A DNA stretch of 64,000 nucleotides from Thermoanaerobaculia bacterium (lineage in GTDB: Bacteria > Acidobacteriota > Thermoanaerobaculia > Multivoradales > JAIOJS01). The stretch covers positions 3,864-67,863 of the forward strand of contig JAIOJS010000312.1 of NCBI GenBank assembly GCA_019911795.1, given 5' to 3'. How positions within the stretch are numbered: position 1 is the stretch's first letter; each line of letters begins with the position of its first letter. The translations under genes and the position numbers were made by a program. The notes under the pieces were generated by a model. The model saw nothing but the letters and a program-made list of their open reading frames with translations. It was not told the origin of the DNA and made no database searches. Shown here piece by piece: positions 28,174 through 37,199 of the stretch.

Positions 28174-30080
28174 GTGCCGTCTCGAATGCTGGATTGGCCC
28201 GGCGACTCCCAAGGCTCGTTCTCCACTTCTCTCCAGTTCTTCCGATCGTAGGGATCGCGATCAGTAAGGACCAGTTGTTTCCCGATCACGAAGGCGTTTC
28301 GCTTCTGCTGACTAAACTGCCAGGGGACGATAGAAACAACGAAGGGCTGGTCTCTTCCAAGGGTCTGCACTGGTTTGTCGTCCAAGTAGGGATTGACGCA
28401 ACCGCCAATCTCCTCGCAGACGATCCTTGGCACTTCAGCGTTGGTGAGGAATGCCTCAGAGGTTCTCAAGGGGCCTGAAGTACGAAGCTCTTTGACGAGG
28501 AGAACAGATCTCGAGCGCACAAAGACACTCGCCGTTGAACCTCCTCGAAGCGCGCGACTAGAGTGGTCTTCAACCGGACCGATGATGCCATGGTCGGAGA
28601 CGATCACGATCTTCGTGTTGTCGTAAACGCCAGCCTGCTTCATCCAGCGAAAGTAGTCGGAGACCAGGAGAAGACTACATCGCGCAGCGTTGGCGTGCTG
28701 CATCGCAAACATGCTCGCGTACCCCTCCTTCCGGAAAACCTCGGCGGGAACCTCGAACTGTACCGGCATTGGGTTGCAGTCCTTACTCAAGTAGTAGGGT
28801 TCGTGCGGCAAGATGTTCCACAGGAGGTTGAAGCTACTAGTCGTCGCTTCGCTGGATGTCAGAGTTGGAAGGGACTTGAGTTCGGCCCACTGACGGAAAG
28901 TCGTACCGGCGGAGTGATCGAGAAACGGTCTCCAAGGGCCGCGCTCGCTGAGCACCTCCTTGATTGCATAGGGCGAACTGCGCATCAGGCCGAGAAGAAC
29001 CAGAAGGTCCGCATAATTGGATCGCGAGAGCGCTTCGGTGGGAACCCCGAACTCCTCGGCTCGATCCATCGCCGTCGCCACCGGTATGTGAGAGCAAGTC
29101 ACGTCGTCCATCTCGAGGAAGGAACAGTCTCCCTTCATGGTGAACCCTAGGCCCCGAGGGTTCACCACATTGACGGTATAGCCGCTTCGAGAGAAGTTGT
29201 AGGGCAACAGGCGGTAAGCCTCTACCGAGATGTCTCGGAGGACTCCATTGCGGGAGTTCATTTCGGGCGGAGTGTAGTCGTAGCCGCCAAGAATTGGGTG
29301 CACACCCGAGATTGAGTTGTCGCCGGCGGCAACCGTCAGTGGATACCATTGGAAGCCATCCAATTCAGTCGCGAGTTGGGGTTCCTTCTCCAGGATCTCC
29401 TCTACAAAGCCCCCCATGAAGCGATCGAGGATCAAGATCAGGACATTGTTCTCGTGGCGTGAGAACTGTAGGGGCGCCTCGGTCCCAGCTTCGACACTTG
29501 TAGGCTCGGTTCCGGAGAGCGTGTCCCTTCTCACCTCCAGGATGCCGACGCTAGTGAGGATCACATTGACAAGAAGTATTGCCGTGACCAATCCCCGACC
29601 GCCGAGGTAGTTGATTGAGAGCGTGGTGGCGACAATGATCAAGACGAGAAGGATGGCATCCAGGGTGGTGCGAGCCGCCAGCTCCAGCGCCGTGATCGGA
29701 ATCTGCTCAAACATCAGCCCGTTCATTGCAGGGTAGCCGAGGGGGAGGATGAAGGAATAGAAAAGCGCGGTGAAGAGACCGGTGACTGCTGCCAGGGTCA
29801 GCAGGGTTCGCATGCGAGGAGAGATTGCGAGCGAATAGAGCACCCCGGCAAGATAGACCGCGACCATTGATTCGCCAACGTTGTTGTGAAGGAGGTAGTC
29901 GAGGTGCAAGTCGATCTCGCCGGGAGACGTAAGGAAGGTCATGATCGGTAGGTACACGTAGACAAGCAGGGCGACCGTACCCACTGATAGCAGGTAGGTG
30001 CTCAGCCGCCAGCGACCCAGGTCCTGAGCTACCGACACCATCGCGCCGTCCGAAAAACCAAGGGAGGCTATGCCGGTCAC
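28170..30080 (-). CDS. Membrane-anchored sulfatase-fold phosphotransferase (LTA-synthase / phosphoglycerol- or phosphoethanolamine-transferase-like)
   Basis: The N-terminus has ~5 TM helices. The C-terminal alkaline-phosphatase/sulfatase-fold domain has LILILDRFMGG (metal-binding Asp region) and KIVIVSDHG (conserved SDHG). It converges with the racemase gene with a 4-nt overlap. Confidence 0.6.
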   Translation of the reverse strand: MTGIASLGFSDGAMVSVAQDLGRWRLSTYLLSVGTVALLVYVYLPIMTFLTSPGEIDLHLDYLLHNNVGESMVAVYLAGVLYSLAISPRMRTLLTLAAVTGLFTALFYSFILPLGYPAMNGLMFEQIPITALELAARTTLDAILLVLIIVATTLSINYLGGRGLVTAILLVNVILTSVGILEVRRDTLSGTEPTSVEAGTEAPLQFSRHENNVLILILDRFMGGFVEEILEKEPQLATELDGFQWYPLTVAAGDNSISGVHPILGGYDYTPPEMNSRNGVLRDISVEAYRLLPYNFSRSGYTVNVVNPRGLGFTMKGDCSFLEMDDVTCSHIPVATAMDRAEEFGVPTEALSRSNYADLLVLLGLMRSSPYAIKEVLSERGPWRPFLDHSAGTTFRQWAELKSLPTLTSSEATTSSFNLLWNILPHEPYYLSKDCNPMPVQFEVPAEVFRKEGYASMFAMQHANAARCSLLLVSDYFRWMKQAGVYDNTKIVIVSDHGIIGPVEDHSSRALRGGSTASVFVRSRSVLLVKELRTSGPLRTSEAFLTNAEVPRIVCEEIGGCVNPYLDDKPVQTLGRDQPFVVSIVPWQFSQQKRNAFVIGKQLVLTDRDPYDRKNWREVENEPWESPGQSSIRDGT

Positions 30081-30296
30081 GACGACAAGGTAGAGAAGAC
30101 TTCCGACACTGCAGTTGATCCACAGGACGAAGCAGGCATCGGCAAAGACGATGAGTCCAAAGAGCGCACGTCGGCGGTAGGGCTGCCCGGCGACCAGGGA
30201 AGAGCGAGCACCGCGCCGGAGCGCCGCAATCAGTAGGACGGCATTGAAGACAAGGATGATGAGAGTGGGGATGTTTGACGGCTCCGCGTGGTTTAC

Positions 30297-31022
30297 TTAG
30301 CGTTGGTTGGCGACTTCTTGAATCCGAGCTCTCCATCGCGGTGGAATTCGAGGAGTGAGCTTTGACTCTGTGAGGTTTCGGACAAGAGAGAAGAGGTTGT
30401 TGCTTGTCCAGTAGAGAAGCAGGCCCGAAGGGCTGTTGTAGAGGAGGACGAGAAAAACAGCCGCGAGAATAAACGCTTGACGGCGCTTGGATCGGTCGGC
30501 ATCGTAGGCGAGGGCGGATGCCATATTGAAGACCGTCATCAGGAAAGGCAGGAAATTTGCGCCGAAAAGCAATTCGTCTGGTCTCGAGAGATCGGGGATC
30601 CCCAGATACGAGCTTCCCACAAGGGCTGGCATCTTCGATATGTAGTGGTAGACGGTTGCGAAGACGAGGATCTGCAGGTAGAGGTCTCCGGAGGAGAGGA
30701 CAGCAGAGATGGGCTTATAGCCGAAGGTGCGATGAACCGCACGAGTGTAGAAGTAGCGCTCACGTCCGCTGTAGGTTGCTTTGATGCGAGCAACTTCATC
30801 GTCGACGATCCTGCGCAGGGCGAGGCTCTTTCTACCGTTGATCTCCATCTGAAAATAGAGGGGGAGAAGTAGGAGATTCAACACGCAGCTGAATGCGATC
30901 AGCGCTGAGCCCGGCTCAGGAATGAGGACCAGGATGTGACGGAAGATCCAGTCGTAGATCACCGAAAGGGGCAGTAGGAAGATCGTTTCGAGGAGACTAG
31001 TCATGGTCAGCGAGGATCTCAC
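30297..31022 (-). CDS. Short YidC/Oxa1-family membrane protein insertase paralog
   Basis: It aligns by eye to the E. coli YidC C-terminal core: [22 protein letters not shown] vs [20 protein letters not shown], and the terminal signature [21 protein letters not shown] vs [20 protein letters not shown]. It has 5 TM helices and ~240 aa, like Gram-positive YidC1/2. Confidence 0.65.
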   Translation of the reverse strand: [241 protein letters not shown]

Positions 31023-32256
31023 TTAGCTGCCGTGCGGCGGCCTCGCCCGCTTGGCCGAAGTTGTAGACCAGCCCATCGCGAACTTTCGCCAACTCACTGC
31101 GGTCTTGCTCGAGGAGCTCGGCGAGCCGGTCGGCGAGAGATCCGATTTCTTCCGCCGCGATCGGTACTAGAAATTTGGAGGACTTGCTCTGCAGAGTACT
31201 GAGGCCACCAAATAGTTGACCATCCATGCCGCTGGCAGGCGATTGTCGTAGGAACACGACTGGCTTCTCGAGGATGAAAGCGAACTCGTGCATGATGCCC
31301 GAGATATCACTCAACAGAACATCGGCCTTGGCCATGGCGGGCATGGGGGTCTTCGAGATGTCGACTTCGACCTTGTCGAGTCCCAGAATTTCCTGATAGA
31401 GGACTGGCTGTGAGTGTCGCATCTGAGGATGTGGGCGGACGACGACCCGAAAGCTATCGGTCAGGGTCTCGAGGAACGAGGTGCCGAGGGTCTCGAAAAT
31501 GCTGAGCGGACCCCAACTCGGGGCCACGAGCACGACCGGCCTCTCGGTCGGTAGGTGAGTTGGCAACTCCGGGGACGGGGAAAGCGCCAGGAGTTCATCG
31601 TAGTGGGGCACACCGATCTCATAGAGATTTTTGTAGGGGAGTTTCCGCACAAACTCGATCTTCCTGATGTTGGTCCTTAGGGTTTCTCCACAGCAGAAAA
31701 TGGAGTCGAAGAAATCGTAGGAGTAGGGGCGGACGTAGAGGGCCTCACCCAGAGCGTGCTGAAGGTGAACGTAGTGCGCGACCGCCTTGGAGCGCCGGAA
31801 AGTCATCACGTCCAGTTGCGGTGTCGTTGTCGCCAGAACTCTGGCCCGAAGGTGACTCAGGTAGGAGTACCCGACCATGCCAGGTTCGATGGCGATGTGA
31901 GCGATGCCGCTGGGAAGCGGCTCAAAGTCCTGCGTCCTCTCATACATGGTGAAGTAGGTGGTCTCCACCCCCAACACTGCAAGTCCACGGAGAATGGGGA
32001 GGAAGGTAATCTCGTAGCGAGGGTCTTCCGAATGGATGGCGAGGTGGCAGGTGTGCTTCTTCGTACCGAGCCCAACAATCAGTTCTATGGAGCGGTGGTA
32101 GAGAGCCCGTGCGGCGAAGAAGAAGGACACGACCACTCCCGTAACCACGTAGACGAGAGCGCTGCCTGTTCCTGGGTCGATGTAGGCATGGCACGGAGAG
32201 GAACAGAGGGATAGCGCAATGAATACGAAAGCGACTCGGCGCGGTGCGTTCACCAT
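30997..32256 (-). CDS. CDP-glycerol glycerophosphotransferase family (TagB/TagF-like) with N-terminal membrane anchor
   Basis: The TagF-family catalytic domain has PVVLVAPSWG ('LxAPTWR' box), VVVRPHP (catalytic His region) and LLSDISGIMHEFAFILEKPVVF. I trimmed the start to Met at 32256 (MVNAPRRVAFVFIALSL...). The track ORF extends to 32445. Confidence 0.6.
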   Translation of the reverse strand: MVNAPRRVAFVFIALSLCSSPCHAYIDPGTGSALVYVVTGVVVSFFFAARALYHRSIELIVGLGTKKHTCHLAIHSEDPRYEITFLPILRGLAVLGVETTYFTMYERTQDFEPLPSGIAHIAIEPGMVGYSYLSHLRARVLATTTPQLDVMTFRRSKAVAHYVHLQHALGEALYVRPYSYDFFDSIFCCGETLRTNIRKIEFVRKLPYKNLYEIGVPHYDELLALSPSPELPTHLPTERPVVLVAPSWGPLSIFETLGTSFLETLTDSFRVVVRPHPQMRHSQPVLYQEILGLDKVEVDISKTPMPAMAKADVLLSDISGIMHEFAFILEKPVVFLRQSPASGMDGQLFGGLSTLQSKSSKFLVPIAAEEIGSLADRLAELLEQDRSELAKVRDGLVYNFGQAGEAAARQLSEILADHD

Positions 32257-32586
32257 TGTCCACTCAACGATCTCGCGCTGGCCTGCAGGTACATGCCTCC
32301 AATCCCTTCGCCATGTCGAAGGGCGGGCCGTAAGGCGTCCGAACTGAAGCGACTCGGTTGTGGGGTGGTTCCGGCTGTTGTCTCGGTCCGAAGACCTTTC
32401 CAGCGTTGCTCTCATTGGCTCCCGGGAATGCGGCGGTGAATGCATGTCTTTGAAGAGTCTGTCCCCGCGACGGCCACCGCAGGTGGGATTTTCTTGAGTG
32501 GATAGTCGATGATTCGAGGCTTCGGTATTCTAGCTGGTGGCAATGACCGACCCAGCCACCGAGAGGGCACGCCTCGAGTCTCGTTG

Positions 32587-34176
32587 TCAGGCGGCGTCGT
32601 GACGAACGATTCCAAGGTCGGTGAGGACCTCCATCGCCGCTCGCTCCCCGCTCTCGCAACCGCCCTCCATGTAGCCCTGAAAGTCGACCGAAGTGTGTTC
32701 ACCGGCGAAGTGGAGGTTGCCGACCCGTTCGCCCTCTGCGCCGCCGAAGGCGGTCCACTGACCAGGGCGGTAGCAGGAGTAGCTCCCACGGGTCCACGGG
32801 AAGGATGGCCAGTGAAAGCGCACCTGGTCGGTCACCAGGGATTCGGCACCGGGAAAGACTTGAGCGAAGGCGCGCGCAAACAGTTGTGCTTGTTCGGCCT
32901 CAGAGCCCAGCCCGACCTCCAGTCCGCGACGCCCCCCGGTATAGCCGACAACGATCCCCGGCCGACCGGCCTGGAGGCGGGTGGATTCCCAGGCCAACTG
33001 GAAAGGTAGATCGCCGAGAACACTGCCGTTCGATCCACCTTCGGTTCGCCAGATGCGCTCGGAGAAGCCAACCATCAGTTTGGCATTGGTGCCGTAGCCC
33101 AACTCGGAGATCGCTCGCTGCTTGACGGCGGGTAGCGGCACGGAAACGTCGACCTCGCGGAGGACGCTAAAGGGGAGAGTAAGGACCACGCGATCGGCTC
33201 GTACCTCGCGGGAGCTCGCGCCCTGGCGCAGGGTGACGAGGTAGCTACCGTCAGACGCCTGGGCGAGGGCTTCGAGCCTGGAATCGAGTTCGATCTGTCC
33301 CTGTAGGCCTTCGGCGAGGCGGGTCGGAACTTGATCGTTTCCTCCGCGGATGTGGAAGCGCTCGTCACTGTCGCCGAAGATGCGGAAGGGATCGGGTTCG
33401 CTGTCGATGAGCATCAGAAGGTTCCAGGCCGACTGTTGATCGATCTCCAGTCCGTACTCGGTGACGTAGCCGACCTCGAGGAGCCGACGGAACCAGCCAT
33501 CGCAATCGACGGAATCGAGCCATTCGGCGATCGACAGACGATCGATCTTCTCGCCACCGTTCGGCTCGCGGTAGGAGACCATGTCGCCGGACAGCGAAGC
33601 CCAGGCTTCGTCGATTTGACGGGCGATGGGGCGGAAGGCGGCCACGATCTCGTCGTCGCGGATTCTGCGGCCATCGAAGGCCCAGACATCGCGGGCGAGG
33701 CTGGGATCATCGGCGTCGAAGTCGTCGAGCTCGAGTCCGAGTTCCGTACACAACCCTCGCAACGCAAGGTGGTTGCTGTCGACGAGTTCTCCGCCGAGCT
33801 CACAAACCTGTCCGGCCGGGAAACGATCGCGGAGCGACCACATGCGCCCACCGACTCGCTTCTGGGCTTCGAAGATGCGGACAGGAACTCCCGCCTGATT
33901 GAGGCGATGTGCGCAGGTGAGGCCGGCCACGCCGGCGCCGATGACGACAACTTCCGACGCCCGGTCGACCGGCGAGGAGGGGCGCGGGGTCAGGGTTCGG
34001 CAGCCAAGGGCGACCCCGGCCGCGGTGACGGCGCTGCTCTTGATCAGGGCCCGGCGAGTCCACTCGGGGTCGAGTCTCGTGATGAGGTCCTCGCCGTGGT
34101 GGCCGGAAGTTTCCTCGAGCCTACGGGCCGCTTGCAGCGCCCGTCGCAGGGTACGGAAGAGCGGGGTTCGGGACAT
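32587..34176 (-). CDS. Tat-secreted FAD-dependent amine oxidase (flavin monoamine/polyamine oxidase family)
   Basis: The twin-arginine signal is TRRALIKSSAVTAAGVALG. The dinucleotide-binding motif is VVVIGAGVAGLTCAHRL...RIFEAQKRVGGR. The remainder is a typical amine-oxidase fold. Confidence 0.7.
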   Translation of the reverse strand: MSRTPLFRTLRRALQAARRLEETSGHHGEDLITRLDPEWTRRALIKSSAVTAAGVALGCRTLTPRPSSPVDRASEVVVIGAGVAGLTCAHRLNQAGVPVRIFEAQKRVGGRMWSLRDRFPAGQVCELGGELVDSNHLALRGLCTELGLELDDFDADDPSLARDVWAFDGRRIRDDEIVAAFRPIARQIDEAWASLSGDMVSYREPNGGEKIDRLSIAEWLDSVDCDGWFRRLLEVGYVTEYGLEIDQQSAWNLLMLIDSEPDPFRIFGDSDERFHIRGGNDQVPTRLAEGLQGQIELDSRLEALAQASDGSYLVTLRQGASSREVRADRVVLTLPFSVLREVDVSVPLPAVKQRAISELGYGTNAKLMVGFSERIWRTEGGSNGSVLGDLPFQLAWESTRLQAGRPGIVVGYTGGRRGLEVGLGSEAEQAQLFARAFAQVFPGAESLVTDQVRFHWPSFPWTRGSYSCYRPGQWTAFGGAEGERVGNLHFAGEHTSVDFQGYMEGGCESGERAAMEVLTDLGIVRHDAA

Positions 34177-34325
34177 GCTGGACTCCTTGTAGGGGTGACG
34201 CTAGCACACGAAGACCGATTGTTCTGAGGCGTTCGGCGAGGAGGCAATGGGGTTTCGCTATCGGTTCTGCGTGGTCGCGGGCCCAGGTCCGCTCATCCCT
34301 AGACGCCCCAGGTTAATATGCTCCG

Positions 34326-35558
34326 ATGTCGACTAGATCTATCTCTTCGTGCCGCTCGGACTTCCCTGCACTTCAGCGCTCCCACCAGGGTCGCCCTCTC
34401 GCTTACCTCGATGGTCCTGCCGGGAGTCAGGTTCCGCAGGTCGTCATCGATGCGGTGAGTGAGGTCTACCTCGGGAAGAACTCCAACACGCACGGGAGCT
34501 TTCCGGTGGGACACGATACCGACCGTCTCATGGAGTCGGCGAGAGAGAAGGTCGCTGCCTTCCTCGGGGCTGCGTCCGGCGACACTATTTCTTTCGGTCC
34601 CAGCATGACCGGCCTCGCCTTCTCCTTGAGTCGCGCCCTTGCCAGGGGTTGGTCGGCTGGCGACGAGGTGGTGATCACCGCCCTCGATCACGAAGCCAAC
34701 CGCGCTCCTTGGTTGAGGCTCGCCGATGAGGGTATCGTCGTTCGCGAGGTCGCGATTCGGCCGGACGGGTCCCTCGACACCGAGGACCTAGCGACCAAGG
34801 TTGGCCCCCGCACGCGTCTCCTCGCTATTGGCGCGGCCTCCAACGCCATGGGCTGGGTCAATGATCTGGTCCTGGCTCGCCGGCTTACCGATGCGGTGGG
34901 CGCGCGCCTCCTGGTCGATGCGGTGCACTCGGCACCCCACTTTTCCCTCGATGTAGAGGGTCTGGACCTCGACTTTCTGCTCTGTTCGGCCTACAAGTTC
35001 TACGGACCGCATGTAGGGATTCTCTATTGTCGACCGGGACTCCTCGACCAGCTCGATACCGACCGCCTGCGCACTCAGAGCCAAGAGGCTCCGCACCGCT
35101 GCGAGTTGGGGACCCAGAACCACGCCGCCATCAACGGAGTCGCCGCCGCGATCGACTACCTGGCCTCCTGGGGCGAGGGGGAGACTCTGAGAATGAGACT
35201 GATGTCTGCGCTCTCGTCTATCGGGCGGCAGGAGAGGGAGGTCGCCTCCCAGTACTATCGGGCGGTTCAGGAAATCCCTGGTGTCAGGATCTGGGGACCA
35301 GACTTCTCGAGCTCACACCGTGCGCCGACGGTTTCTTTGACCCTCGACGGCATGCCGGCCGCAGATCTAGCGGCTCGACTCGGCGACATGGGGATTCAGG
35401 TGTGGAGCGGGCACTTCTACGCCATCCGGGCTATCGAGGCTCTGGGGCTGGAGGGGCAGGGTGGTCTGTTGCGGGCGGGCTTTCTCATGTACAACACGGA
35501 GGAGGAGGCGGAGCGTCTGTCTCAGGCGATCTCCGACCTTGCCACTACCGCCCGATGA
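34326..35558 (+). CDS. Class V PLP-dependent aminotransferase/cysteine-desulfurase-like enzyme
   Basis: YLDGPAGSQVP, ITALDHEANRAPW and LLCSAYKFYGPHVGIL (Lys-containing 'SxxKxxG' PLP region) place it in the class V fold (SufS/CsdA-like subfamily). Confidence 0.7.
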   Translation: MSTRSISSCRSDFPALQRSHQGRPLAYLDGPAGSQVPQVVIDAVSEVYLGKNSNTHGSFPVGHDTDRLMESAREKVAAFLGAASGDTISFGPSMTGLAFSLSRALARGWSAGDEVVITALDHEANRAPWLRLADEGIVVREVAIRPDGSLDTEDLATKVGPRTRLLAIGAASNAMGWVNDLVLARRLTDAVGARLLVDAVHSAPHFSLDVEGLDLDFLLCSAYKFYGPHVGILYCRPGLLDQLDTDRLRTQSQEAPHRCELGTQNHAAINGVAAAIDYLASWGEGETLRMRLMSALSSIGRQEREVASQYYRAVQEIPGVRIWGPDFSSSHRAPTVSLTLDGMPAADLAARLGDMGIQVWSGHFYAIRAIEALGLEGQGGLLRAGFLMYNTEEEAERLSQAISDLATTAR

Positions 35559-36253
35559 AGCCTTTCGAGACCCTCGATTCGTTCGTCACTCCGGACGGTA
35601 AGGAACTGACCCTTCATCGGCGAGACCGCGAGGTAGCGATCTACCTGGACGGCGACGAGCTGATGGCCAATCGTTCCCCGGATTCGGAGAAGGCTTTGGC
35701 GACGTTGGCGCTGGCGGAGTTGACGAATCCGACGCCCCGCATCCTGATCGGAGGCCTGGGTCTCGGCTACACCTTGAGGGCGGCCCTCGAGACCTCACCA
35801 CGGGGCAGCGAGGTAGTGGTCGCTGAGTTCTTTGCCTGCGTCGAAGCGTGGGGCAAGACTCACCTCGCTGATCTCCACGGCGGAGCCTTCGCCGACCCGA
35901 GGGTGCGGATCGTGATCGACGACGTGAACCGGGTGATCGGCGAGACGAAAGGACGTTGGGATGCCATCTTGCTCGACGTCGACAACGGTCCCGACGCGTG
36001 GTGCCTGGGGAGCAACGGCCGCCTCTACGCTCGGCACGGACTCGATCGAATCCGAGAAGCGCTGGCGCCCGGTGGCATTCTCGCCGTTTGGTCCGCTCAT
36101 CAAGATACGAGCTTCGTCAGGCTGCTACGCAAGGCCGAATTCGAGGTCCGGACAGAGACGGTCAGGGCCTTTGCCGGCAAAGGGGCGCGGCATACGATCT
36201 TCTTGGCCAAGGTTCCGATGTCGAATCGTCGCCGCCGGCCCTCTCGCCGCTAG
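35555..36253 (+). CDS. Spermidine-synthase-like polyamine aminopropyltransferase family protein
   Basis: ATG overlaps the upstream stop (ATGA). IYLDGDELMANRS, RILIGGLGLGYTLRAAL (GGGDGG-type), VVVAEF, ADPRVRIVIDDVNRVI, DAILLDVDNGPDA and ALAPGGILAV match SpeE-fold motifs. The track ORF (35027..) is an out-of-frame overlap artefact upstream. Confidence 0.6.
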   Translation: MKPFETLDSFVTPDGKELTLHRRDREVAIYLDGDELMANRSPDSEKALATLALAELTNPTPRILIGGLGLGYTLRAALETSPRGSEVVVAEFFACVEAWGKTHLADLHGGAFADPRVRIVIDDVNRVIGETKGRWDAILLDVDNGPDAWCLGSNGRLYARHGLDRIREALAPGGILAVWSAHQDTSFVRLLRKAEFEVRTETVRAFAGKGARHTIFLAKVPMSNRRRRPSRR

Positions 36254-36361
36254 CAAGCGGGACAATCGCCGAGTTGGTGAGCCGAGTTGGCGCAGCGAGT
36301 CTCGTGGCGGCGCCCGGTTGTGCCGGGCGCCTCGGGATCGCGAGGGAAGGGCTAGCAGCCC

Positions 36362-37054
36362 CTACGAGACCCCAGCCGAGTCCTCGTCCACCATGGTGTC
36401 GTCAGCGGGGTCCATCGTCTCGTCGTCGGTCATGCTCGACGAGAGGTCGAGCTTGATCAGCACGTCATCGCGGATCAGATCATCCTTCTTCCCGGTAAAA
36501 GCGATGTCGAAGTCGAAACGCAGGATCGAGAACTCGGCCTTGGCCGTGTAGCCCTCGGCAGAGAGTGCAATGTCGGCGGGGAAGCTGATCTGCTTGGTGA
36601 TTCCGTGGAGAGAGAGGTTTCCGGTCACGGTGTAGGCCCCCTCGTCGCCGGCGGTGATCGAGGTCGATTCGAAGGTGGCAGTCGGGAAGGTCTCGACCGC
36701 GAAGAAGTCTTCACTCTTCAGGTGCTTGGTGAGCTTCTCGTTGTCGGCCCAGAGGGAGGTGGTGTCGATCGTGACCTTGACGCTCGAACCCTCGACCGTG
36801 TCACCGACGACGGAGACGGTGCCGGAGAAGTTCTCGAAGCCACCATCATGGGAGCCAGTGACCTTGGAGCCGACGAAGCCGATGCTTCCGGCTAGGGGGT
36901 ACTCGACGGCAGCGGTGGCGGGAGTCGGCGCAGTTTCGGGGGCTACATCGTTGACGACGGCTTTGGGAGCGTCGGCCGTGGGATCGGCGCAGCCGATCAT
37001 CGAGGCCGCGAGGGTGAGCGGGAGTGCACAGTAGATCAAGGAGAAGCGTCGCAT
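36362..37054 (-). CDS. YceI-like family lipoprotein
   Basis: Lipobox LAASMIGC. The YceI-like pattern is GSIGFVGSKVTGSHDGGFENFSGTV...DTTSLWADNEKLTKHLKSEDFF...TFPTATFESTSI...YTVTGNLSLHGITKQISF. Confidence 0.6.
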   Translation of the reverse strand: MRRFSLIYCALPLTLAASMIGCADPTADAPKAVVNDVAPETAPTPATAAVEYPLAGSIGFVGSKVTGSHDGGFENFSGTVSVVGDTVEGSSVKVTIDTTSLWADNEKLTKHLKSEDFFAVETFPTATFESTSITAGDEGAYTVTGNLSLHGITKQISFPADIALSAEGYTAKAEFSILRFDFDIAFTGKKDDLIRDDVLIKLDLSSSMTDDETMDPADDTMVDEDSAGVS

Positions 37055-37199
37055 GGGTGTTACCTCAGGTTGCTGTTGTGGAGTCGCCGAAGGCGCCGAA
37101 GCGACCGGTCATGGCCGCAGCGCACTCTCGACTGCAATGGACAATGATAGCTGAGGCATTGGAACAACGTAACCTACCGGCGTCTCCGTCGTCGAAAGT

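Noticed and set aside
33331-34227. 298-aa plus-strand ORF antisense to the amine oxidase
   Set aside because: It is a shadow ORF. The minus frame has a clear FAD-binding GxGxxG motif and a Tat signal.
35027-35554. N-terminal 176-codon extension of the spermidine-synthase-like ORF
   Set aside because: It overlaps the class V PLP enzyme gene out of frame and is Arg/Gly-rich low complexity. The true start is the ATG at 35555, coupled to the upstream stop.
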